A stretch of DNA of 64,000 nucleotides from Heptranchias perlo (lineage: Eukaryota), in NCBI RefSeq assembly GCF_035084215.1, contig NW_027139623.1, positions 2,232,001 through 2,296,000 of the forward strand. The letters run 5' to 3'. Within the stretch, counting starts at the first letter, position 1, and every line of letters starts with the position of its first letter. Position numbers and translations under genes: made by a program. Under the pieces are notes generated by a model. That model was not told where the DNA came from and did no database searches. It worked only from the letters and a program-made list of their open reading frames with translations. Below are positions 54,440-64,000 of this stretch, in pieces.

Positions 54440-54733
54440 ATACGCCGAAAAAGCCACGGATATCCCCTGATCAACCAAGTGGCGTGTATTTGAAAGGAGA
54501 GACGGTGACCATTACCTGCACCGTGGCCGGAGACTATCCCGATAAATCTTTCCATTTTTACAGAGATCGCCGACTTCTGAACTCTCATCAAATCATCACA
54601 AAGGACAACATTGGAACATTCAGAGTCACCGGAACAGACCAAGGAGGGAGGTACCACTGTCAATATGGAACCTCCGTCAATAGAAGGCAGTTTTGGTCCC
54701 AGCTCAGCGAGGCTGTGAGGGTCACTATCGCAG
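54440..54733 (+). CDS. Ig receptor exon D5
   Basis: 294 bp, phase 1-1; GETVTITC...DQGGRYHCQY. Confidence 0.92.
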
Positions 54734-55091
54734 GTGAGTGAAAGGGGCGGGAGGAGCAGAGATTGTTTAAATATCTATTCAACAGCATTAGGGGTAGATT
54801 ATGACAATGCGTTATCGTCGAATGGACGATAGTGAATCGGCAGAGCGTTTCTCATCTCTTCCGGTTTATCTTTACATTGACTTCAATGGAAATGATAATT
54901 GGGTGGTGTTTAAAATCTGTGGAGTATAAAATGTGCTCGATCGCCCGTTTCAGGCCGCCGCCTCAGACGGATTTATATTCCACTGTCAGAAATTTGTGAT
55001 ATCAATCCCGACTAAAATTTTACCTCACAACCCAGGGTGATAGTTGGAGAATAACTTTAAACGAACACGCCCGGCGGAAAGGGGAGGGTTC

Positions 55092-56033
55092 GGGCGCTAA
55101 ATTGGGCTGTGTAGCGCCCATTGTTTCGGCCCGACACGGCCTTTTCGATATCCAAGATGGCGTCTTGGATGCTCACGCACGTTTCCAGAGTGACATGCGC
55201 CAGACGCTATTTTAGTATAGGAGTTAGCGCAAGCTAACAACTCACTGGTCACACACACTGGCAGCTATTCAACCATGACAGGCACATCATCCAGACACGC
55301 GTCACACTTTCTTGCAGGAGAAGATGTTGCATATCAGGAAGCAGCAAGTGGCGGTGGCATTTAGCCCATCGAGCCTGTTCCACCATTCAATGAGATCACG
55401 GTGGACCTGTGACCGAACTCCATATACCTGCCTTAGCCCAATATCCCTTCATACCCTTGGTTCACAGAAATCTATCAATCTCAGAATTAACTTTCACAAG
55501 TGAGCGAGCATTAACTGCCGTCTGCAGAAGATATTCCAACCATCTCCCACCCTTTGCGTGTAGAAGCATTTTCAAGCTTGACTCCATCACGTGCTGGCTC
55601 TTAATGTTGGACTATATCCCCGCATCCGAGTATTCAAGAGTAGGAAACCTCCAAGAACAGTTACAAATGTCTCAGCAGCCAGAAATCATAATCCTTCCAC
55701 TAACCTGTAAATCCTGCATGGTTAGTTTAAATAGCGCCGGTGAGTGTCCTCCAGGCACTCGAAGACATGTTCAGATGGTCGGGGTTAAGACTGTGCGTTG
55801 AGTTGTGCGTTAAGTCCCAAAATGGTGTCTATCACTCTAAATCAGCGTTGCAATCTGATTGAAGCTATTTTCTCCTTACTTTACATGATTCCGGCGTTCG
55901 TTATCTGCGCCTGCTGCTAACTCTAATACCAAGGTGGCATCTAGCGCATGTCACGCTGCAAGACGCCATCCTGGATGTCGAAGAGGCCACATAGCACCCA
56001 AACAGCGGGCGCTACACGGCTCAATTTAGAACC
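55092..56033. mobile_element. non-autonomous DNA transposon with long imperfect TIRs (contains a CR1 tail)
   Basis: GGGCGCTAAATTGGGCTGTGTAGCGCCC...CAAGATGGCGTCTTG at the left end is the inverted match of CAAGACGCCATCCTGG...GGGCGCTACACGGCTCAATTTAGAACCC at the right end. Confidence 0.7.
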
Positions 56034-56039
56034 CTCAGT

Positions 56040-57305
56040 TTCTCAAATCTTTCCTCGTATCTGAAGTCTTTCATCCCTAGTGCTATTCTAGTAAATCTGC
56101 TCTGTACCCTCTCTAAAGTCTTGACATCCCTCCTAAAGTGTGGTGCCCAGATTTAGCCCCAATACTACAGCAGGAGCCTAACCAGTATTTTGTAAATGTT
56201 CAGCACAACTTCCTTGCTTTTGTATCATTTTCATCTGTTTATAAAGCCAAGAATTCAGTATCCCCTTTTAGCAGCCTTCTCAACTTGTCCTACCACCTTC
56301 GAAGTTTAGTGCATGTATACCCCCAGTTCTCTTTTTTTCCCGCATCCCCTTTAAAATTGTACCATTTAGTTTATATTGCCTCTCCTTTTTCTTCCCACCA
56401 AAATGAATCAATTCGCACTTCTCTGCGTTAAATTTCATCTGCCACGTGCCTGCCCATTTCAACAGTCTGTCGATGTCCTCCTCAAGTTTGTGACCATCCT
56501 CCTCACTTCTTTCTATGTTTCGTATCACCTGCAAAATTTGAAATTATGCCCTGTGTCCCCAAGTGCAGGTCATTACCATATATCAACAAAGAGCAGCGGT
56601 CCCAACCGCGACCCCTGGGTGACACCACTGCACACTTCATTCTAGTTTGAAAATCAGCCACTACTGTCTGCTTTCTGTCTCTTTGCTTATTACGTATCCA
56701 CGCATCCACTGCCCTTTAATCCCATGAGCTTCAATTTTGCGAACAAGTCTATTGTATGGCACTTTTTGAAACGCCCTTTGAAGATCTTTAGACACAACAT
56801 CAACCACATTACCCTTATCAATCTTCTCCAGCAATCCATCAAAGAACTCAATCAAATTAGTCCAACACAAATTTACCTTTTAAAAATCCGTGCTGGCTTT
56901 CATTTATTAACACACATTTTTCCAAGTGCCAATTAATTTTGTCCCGGGTTATTGTCTCTAAAAGTTTCACCACCATCGACGTTAGTCTGACTGGCCTGTA
57001 GTTGCCGGGTTCATCCCTCCACAATTTCCACCCGTACTTTTCTCAGCAAGCTGGGATGCATCCCATCCGAACCGGGTGACTTTTCTACTCTGAGCTTTGC
57101 TAACCTTTTGCGTGCCTCGTCTTTATCTATTCTCATCCTATTCAGTTTCTTCTCCTTTACTGGAACATTGGCAGCATCCTCTTCCTTAGTGATTACAGGT
57201 GCAAAGTACTCATAAGGTATCTCAGACATGCCCTCTGCCTCCACAAGAAGATCGCCATTTTGGTCCCTAATCAGCCCCACCCTTCCTTTGACTTCCTTTT
57301 TACTA
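56040..57305 (-). mobile_element. CR1 LINE ORF2 fragment
   Basis: KSPGSDGMHPSLL, CWTNLIEFFD, DLQRAFQKVP, NFAGDTK, WQMKFNAEKCELIHFG. Confidence 0.88.
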
Positions 57306-57469
57306 TTAACTCCACTGAGTTTAGTGTTACCTCACGAGGCACCTCTAAACTGGCTGGACTTGTAACATTACAGGTTTCTCTGTCAGATAAGCGAAACTGC
57401 GTGCCGAGATTTTCAAAATAACCCTGTAACTCGGAGTACTTTAATGAATTACATTCTGGTTTTCCATAT

Positions 57470-57790
57470 CATCTCACTGGGTTGGATTTCGACAGTAACG
57501 CCCAAACCTGAGACCTCCAACACCGAGAAGGACAAAGGTAGCAGCTGGATGGGAACAGCATCACCTCCAATTTTCCCCCAAGTTATAAATCATCTCGACT
57601 GAGGCACATGTCACCGTTCCTTCATCGTCACTGTATCAAAATCCTGGAACTCCCTACCTAGCAGCAATATGGGAGCACTTTCACCACATGGACTGCAGCT
57701 GTTCAACAAGGAGGCGGCTCACCACCACCTTCTCAATGGGCAATTAGGGACGGGCAACAAATGCTGGCCTGCCCAGCGTTGCGCACATCC
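57470..57790 (+). mobile_element. LINE-type 3' end of another family (also at 52135-52445 and 62390-62525)
   Basis: Shared GGACTGCAGCGGTTCAAGAAGGCGGCTCACCACCACCTTCTCAAGGGCAATTAGGGATGGGCAATAAATGC-like block. Confidence 0.65.
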
Positions 57791-58215
57791 CAAAGCCCGC
57801 TAACACTTAACTCCTTTATTTGAAATGGGAATCTCCACTGTTTAGCGGAGACGTTCATTCTTTTTAATCAGGTTATGGCTCGGCTAAGTTACCACAAATG
57901 CGAATTTCAAATCAATGCCTTCCCTCTGTTCCTCTGGTATCCCAGAGCGAAATTTGAGGGATAAACGCTGATTTTGAAAATAGAACCCCAACTGATTTAT
58001 TTTCTTCCGTTTCATCCCACTAATGAATGGGCAATTTCCCCCTTGTATATAGTATCCTCCTCAGTGCTTACAACTTCTATGTTACGTGTCATCTGCAAAC
58101 AGTTGAAATTATGCCCTGAATACCAAAGTCCAGGTCATTGATATTTTGGTTCACAAAAAATAAGTCTGTATTGCGGTTGAATCGATTGTCACTGCTTTTT
58201 CCTTACATATTGCAG

Positions 58216-58509
58216 ATCTACCCAAACCAAATATATCAGTGGATTCTAGTCTTGTTTTGAAGGGTGGAAAAGTTACCTTTAATTGTACAAACCCCCGGGA
58301 CCATCCTGGCTTCACATTTTACTTATACAGACACCGAGAAGCGAATTACTCGGATGTCCAGACTGCTGCACGGGACAATTCTGTCACTTTCACCATCACG
58401 AATATAGATCACACCGATGGAGGAAATTACACCTGTCTGTATAAAGGGGATGTGTGGGGAAGGCTGCTAACGTCGGCTGAGAGTGACCCTGTATATATAA
58501 CTGTAAGAG
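58216..58509 (+). CDS. Ig receptor exon D6 (membrane-proximal)
   Basis: 294 bp, phase 1-1; DLPKPNISV...GGKVTFNC...FYLYR...DGGNYTCLY...SAESDPVYITV. Confidence 0.92.
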
Positions 58510-59769
58510 GTGAGTGAGATTCACACGGTGAATGTGTTCATCCGACCGCAGTACAAGGCATTCCGTGTTGTAATTAACGATCAAAACTAGCGTGGAAATG
58601 ACATCCAGGGGTAATATTTGGTCTTGGGCTGTATCGGATCGTGCATCCGTTTTACGCCCCGCCTGATATTCAACCCCATTGGCTGCAATAGAACTTGAAT
58701 ATCGGGCGCAGCGTAAAACAGGCGGCCTATGCGAAACTGTCCAGTTTTCCCTATCGCCCAATGGCCTCTTAACGCTTATTTCACGAACTGTTCGCTATTT
58801 ATCCTGTTACTGAGGAAATGTTCAATCACCAAACGTTGAACGGTTTTATTTCTCCAACTCTGATGAAAAGTTTGATTCACTAGTTGTGTCCTTTAGTTGC
58901 TCTCCGATCCCCTAATAGTCCAGGGTCGACTCCCAGAGAAGCTGAGAAAAAATAACACCCATTCTACCAAATTTAACACAAGGTAATTTGAAACTAGTAA
59001 GCACAATGCACAAAACAGGTGCTGTAAACGTACAGCCCGTCAGTGAGCTTCTGTGGAGAGAGCAGGTGAGTTCTGATCAAGGTCCCCACCTGAACCGTCA
59101 CCACATCTGTTCACTCTGTCAATGTGCAATTTTGACCCAGTGATCATTCAGAATGAAACTGACAGAATGAAACTGATTCATTCCCACACTGTCGCTATTA
59201 AACTTTTGACACCAGCTGGTAATAATTAAACATTCACCTTGTTCCAGGTCCACGGTTAATATCCAATGAACGAATCAATGAATTAATGAGGCAATTAATT
59301 AATCGACCAATGACAATTGAGCTTTGTGCCGAGTCGTTTTTAACAGGTGCATCGTGATGTCATCACGGTCCCAAACCACTCGGGGCCTCATTACTGATTC
59401 ACTGACTTTGAATCATTGAATCAATGGGAGAGATTTATTGGTGGAAAAGAAAGGAGGGGAGACAGACTCAGAGTATCAGAGACTGAGGTACTTTATCAAA
59501 ACAGTGCAAAGCTAGGGACAGAGGAGGAAAGTGGGATTAATTGGACAGCTCTGTCAAAGAGCCAGCAGTCACAATGGGCAGAATGGCCTCCTTCTGCGCT
59601 CTAAGATTCTATGTGAACATTTTAATGCCTTATTTTTTTCTGTTATGCGGCCCACTCCGTCTACACAGTCCCAGTGCCTATTTTGTTCTTCTGTCAAGCA
59701 GCAGATTATTTATTCCGTGTAGATAATGTTGGTTAACTTGATTCCACTGTGCCCCTTTATCTCATTTAG

Positions 59770-59859
59770 ATAAATCCGTTGCGCTGGAGGTTGGTGTTGG
59801 CTCTACTGTGGTTCTGATTCTTATCCTTGCTCTGTTGGGTGTGTGTTTCTGGAAGAAAG
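59770..59859 (+). CDS. Ig receptor transmembrane exon
   Basis: CATTTAG acceptor, G|GTGGGT donor, 90 bp, phase 1-1; DKSVALEVGVGSTVVLILILALLGVCFWKK. Confidence 0.88.
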
Positions 59860-61849
59860 GTGGGTTAAACAGTATGTAATATCCGTTCATTGCCAACACA
59901 CGGACCAAGCTAACTGTCGTCTCCATTCTTCCCCACCACTAACCATCCACCATCTGACCCCTAACCTCGGATAGTAAATATAAGGAGATCATGAACTGAA
60001 AGGTGAAATCGCTGGTGGCGAAGCTGAAAGATACCTGGTCTGAAATCTGTCTCTGGAGCTGGCGCAAAACGGGCGGTATCGCGATTGCCGCCTGTTATTC
60101 ACCCCACCCGATATTCAGTCCCATTAATGTGAATTGAACTGAACGTCAGATGGAGCGTATAAAGGGCGCCCAATGCCTTACCGCCCGTTTTCCGGTACTG
60201 CCCAAAGACCAATTTCGACCCCATAGTGTCACATTATGAAGAATGACTAGAACAACTCGGGCTTCTCAGTCTGGAAGGAGACACCTGAGAGGTGATTCTA
60301 TGGAGTTTCTTAAGATAGTAAATGATATGGAAGGGATAAATCTGAAACATGACATGAAATGAAGTTATAGGTTTGGGCAAAGGGAGACAGGTACAAACTG
60401 GTGAAAGATAATCTAAATTGGATATAAGGAAGTTCTTCATCACGCAGTGATCATGCTAGGAATGGAATCCCAGATACAGTTCTGGAGGCGATTACCCTCG
60501 CATCATTGACAGGATATTGAGATACGGCAACGGGGGTGGGGGCTGTAGGGTCTTTCTAGGAGGGGGCGGTGAATTAAGATGCAATGAATGCCCTTCCTCA
60601 TCTGTACATGCCTTGTGATCCAAAGTCGAAAACAACCCTCTTCTGCCTGGGCCTCTTCTGACCACTCTACTTCCTAACCCTTCCCACTCACCCTTGTGTG
60701 AACCTCTCCAACCTGATTCTATATATTTTTATATCTCCTCATCCATCACCATTAAATTCATCTCTTCCATAAAACCCACGAACTGCTCAAATGACACTTT
60801 CCCTTCTGAGCTTCTCGCCACCCAAATTCCTCACCTCAGTTGCCTGAGTACCAATCCACTGATCTTGTCCCTCCCTTTTGCCTCAGTAGTCATATCCTGC
60901 AGAACTGCTGTCATCACACAATTCCCAGGAAATCCATCTCTCAAACCTCCCTGCTCTCCAGCTCCCCATATCCAAAGGCCGCTTTCTCTATGAAGTGTTT
61001 GAAGGTGAGGTTCTGTTACAAGTATGCTCCGATTTCTCCCACCACTTCCTGTTCAAGGCCTTCCCATCAAGCTTCCATCCATCCATCCATAATACCAGTC
61101 ACTTCCTGTGTGATTGCTTACGTGGCTTGTTATCATTCCTCTTCTTCCTCGACTTCTCCACTCCTTTAAAACATCGGTCATTCCTCAAGTGTCTGTCCTC
61201 CATACACCGCCTCCCTGGAACTGCCCCGTTTATTTCCACTCCTACCTCTCACATCATAGTCCTAACATTTCATCCATTGACATCGCCTCCCTTGGCTGCA
61301 CAATCACCTCTGCCGTGCCCAGGATTATCTCCTTTGACCCACTCATCTTCATCATCCATACCCTACACCTTAAGTACATCGTTGAGCAGTATGGGGTCCA
61401 CTCTCCTCGGTACCCTTACTCTCTCTCTATCTCTCAGCGTCCTCCATGGCCACCACAGCGGTGACCACTCGCTCCAACTGAATAAAACATTGAGACATTT
61501 GCAGCCAACACGTTGTCCAGATTAACATATGTAAACATCGAAGCCATCTTCTTCAGCTCCTCAAATCCTTGATGTACTTCTGGCCTGTCAATGGAGAGTG
61601 AAATTAGGCGGCTTCTGGAATGGGAACCCTGTCCGTACCCGCCCGGTTCCCACTCGGCGGGTTAGGTTAAAATTATAACATACCGGGTTTGTCCATAATC
61701 GAGTTGGATGTGGTAACGGGAGGGAGATGGTTCTGGAGAATAAGTTTCAGTGGCCCAAAGACCTTTACTGCTCCTTGACCTTTCTCATGTTCCCATTTTG
61801 TAAGCCAGTAATTGGATCCGTATTTCTAATACTTATGTTTTCTTCTCAG

Positions 61850-61877
61850 GGAAGTGTAAACGCAACAGAGAAATGAG
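61850..61877 (+). CDS. Ig receptor cytoplasmic exon 1 (GKCKRNREM)
   Basis: TTTTCTTCTCAG acceptor, AG|GTGAGA donor, phase 1 to 2, open in frame. Confidence 0.7.
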
Positions 61878-62004
61878 GTGAGACATTAAGTGTTGAATTT
61901 TAAATTTCAACCGTACGCAACCGAAATAAAACCCACCAGCAAGCATTCGGAACAATTTGTCTGTATTCTGCATTTTAAATTTTAGAATCGAGCTCTCCCA
62001 CTCG

Positions 62005-62160
62005 CAGTCACACTTACACTCACACTCAAACACACAATCACACACACATACACACACAAACACAAGCACAAACACACAATCACACACACGTACACACACA
62101 CACAATCACACATATCAAACACAATCACACGCACACACATGCGCACACACTCACCCAAAC
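62005..62160. repeat. imperfect (CA)n microsatellite
   Basis: CA-rich run seen directly. Confidence 0.85.
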
Positions 62161-62877
62161 ATGTGCAGGTTTCATTTACTTGAATAATTTTCATTTTATC
62201 TCCCTTTCATTTCTTTAAATGTCTTTTCAGCCACGTTGTTATTATGCTATGGCCTTTCTCATCTGGGGATCCCTCATTACCCACCGCTCAATGAGATCAG
62301 AAATTCCTCTGTTTGCTCTGTGTAATGACATCGTGAATACATTTGTGACGATGTCGTTAAACAGAGCAAACAGAGTAATTGTGAAGCAGTGTGGGAGAAC
62401 CTTCACCACACGGACTGCAGCGGTTCAAGAAGGCGGGTCACCATCATCTTTTCAAGGGCAATTAGGGATGGGCAATAAATGCTGGCCTCGCCAGCGACGC
62501 CCACATCCAGTGAACGAATTAAAAAAATGTCGTTCCTTAGTTATTTCTCGCCAAGTGGATTCTGCGCTTGTAAAAAGGACTGTCCAACGGGAGGAAATAT
62601 TCTCAAACGATTTAATGATGTCGCTACATATAGTGAAAGCAGGACACGGTTCCTCAATAATCGCCCGACACGTCAAACAAATTGTTAGTTTTCGGGCAAG
62701 AAAAAAAATTCTCAGGAATATACTTGGTTTTGCAACAGCTGGATAAAACCATTCTCCTGACCATGCACCGAGGGTCATTAATACATATAAGGCGGGATCC
62801 ATTCACTACCTGTCCAAACATATGAGCTGTGCCATGCAAAATAAAATGATTGAATTGACGATTTCTATTCTTTTAAG

Positions 62878-62921
62878 GACCACGGCGCCTCCTAGCGACC
62901 AAACCAACGAAGCCCTGACAT
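62878..62921 (+). CDS. Ig receptor cytoplasmic exon 2 (RTTAPPSDQTNEALT plus first base of the next codon)
   Basis: TTCTATTCTTTTAAG acceptor, T|GTAAGT donor; phase 2 matches the previous exon. Confidence 0.7.
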
Positions 62922-63804
62922 GTAAGTTCTTTTTTGCATTCGTGCATCCGGAATTACCTTTGGCGTTTAATGTTTTCTTTTACATTTAACGAACAAGACT
63001 AAACAAAAACCTATTAACAGTAATAGTTTGTAGACTTTGTATTGTATTTAGCAAACCTGCTGTGAATCACAGAGTGTCAATCATTTCTGAAATATTTTGT
63101 GAACCTGACCAAGAAGCAATATAAACATTGATTTTATATTTTCACCATTCAATCCACTGTGGAGTGAAAATCCAGTGTAGCCCATAGTTGAAGGGGAATA
63201 GCCGGAAAAAGATCAAAGGAGCCGGGCGCACAGACGTAATTCAGTTCCCCTTTTAAAATTCGATGTTACGTGCCTGTTTGTATATAATAGGAAGTTTGCG
63301 CATGCATTGTTTAAATTGTTATAGATTTACAGTAAAGTACTCAAATATTAGTCAAGTTCTGAAGCAATGAGAGTTAAGAGGTTTTTGCAAACAGATTGAG
63401 CAGGTGGGAGATGCAAAATCGAGGTCCTACAGCTCCACTGCTGGCCGGCGGGTTCAATTACACGATGGCAAATTTACATCGGCAGATTTTTATTGAAAAA
63501 ATGAATACAGTACCGGAATTTATAGTGGAAAAAGTGACGCAAAAGTGTGACAAAAGTAACAACCGGAAGTACGTTTTGGTAAATAGGAAGTGGATGTAGG
63601 CATAGGACTTTTAACATATTGCTAATTTAACTCGCAGGGCAATGTGCACTCAGACTCAAGGCTAAGTATAGTCTGCAGGTGAAATGTAGCTGGAGGGTTG
63701 GGGATTACCGGACGAGGTGGTGTAGATGTAATTCAATCATCATTTTTAAGACATTCTGATCTTTTAAAAAACACTTCACTTTTTATTACAATTTATTATT
63801 AGGT

Positions 63805-64000
63805 GTCAGTCCTGGCTCAGTGGGGAGCAATCTCATCTGAGTCCAAGGTTGTGGGTTCAAATCCCACTCGGTGAGAATTAAGCACAAATCCAAGGCAGTG
63901 CAGCACTGATGAAATTCAGCACTGTCAGGGGTGTCGTCTTTCGAATGAAACGTTAAATCAAGGTCATGTTTTCCCTCTGAGGTAGATGTAAAGTATTGTA
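63805..64000 (+). mobile_element. tRNA-derived SINE head (DeuSINE-like)
   Basis: Box A TGGCTCAGTGG, box B GGTTCAAATCC, then GTCTTTCGAATGAAACGTTAAATC. Confidence 0.7.

Noticed and set aside
62231-62294. Alternative terminal exon after the acceptor-like TCTTTTCAG
   Set aside because: Only an acceptor-like motif and a short open frame; no further support.
63805-63870. tRNA gene
   Set aside because: A and B boxes are present but there is no cloverleaf, and the sequence continues into a SINE body.

Overview
Vertebrate genomic DNA, inferred to be from a cartilaginous fish (shark-type CR1, DeuSINE and Penelope-like repeats). 1-31 kb is a replication-dependent histone cluster: H2B-psi, H2A, H4, H1, H4-psi, H3 on +, then H2A and H2B on -, all with 3' stem-loops. 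It is framed by an inverted duplication (~0.7-8.6 kb vs ~21.3-27.3 kb) and by modules of 44-46-bp and ~80-bp satellites. Both broken histone genes were hit by the same short Penelope-like element, which carries a minimal hammerhead ribozyme. In H2B the insert is a perfect 98-bp hairpin with a 13-bp target-site duplication; two more copies sit in CR1 debris. Several histone upstream regions carry a CDE-CHR-like motif. 32-64 kb holds four diverged ~1-kb tandem units riddled with CR1 fragments, followed by a + strand LILR/FcR-like Ig-superfamily receptor gene. That gene has a 33-bp leader mini-exon, six phase-1 Ig exons (four from recent internal duplication), an uncharged TM exon and short cytoplasmic exons ending in a probable intron-split ITIM. 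Its first and last exons were not located. All identities and family names are by eye; no searches were run.
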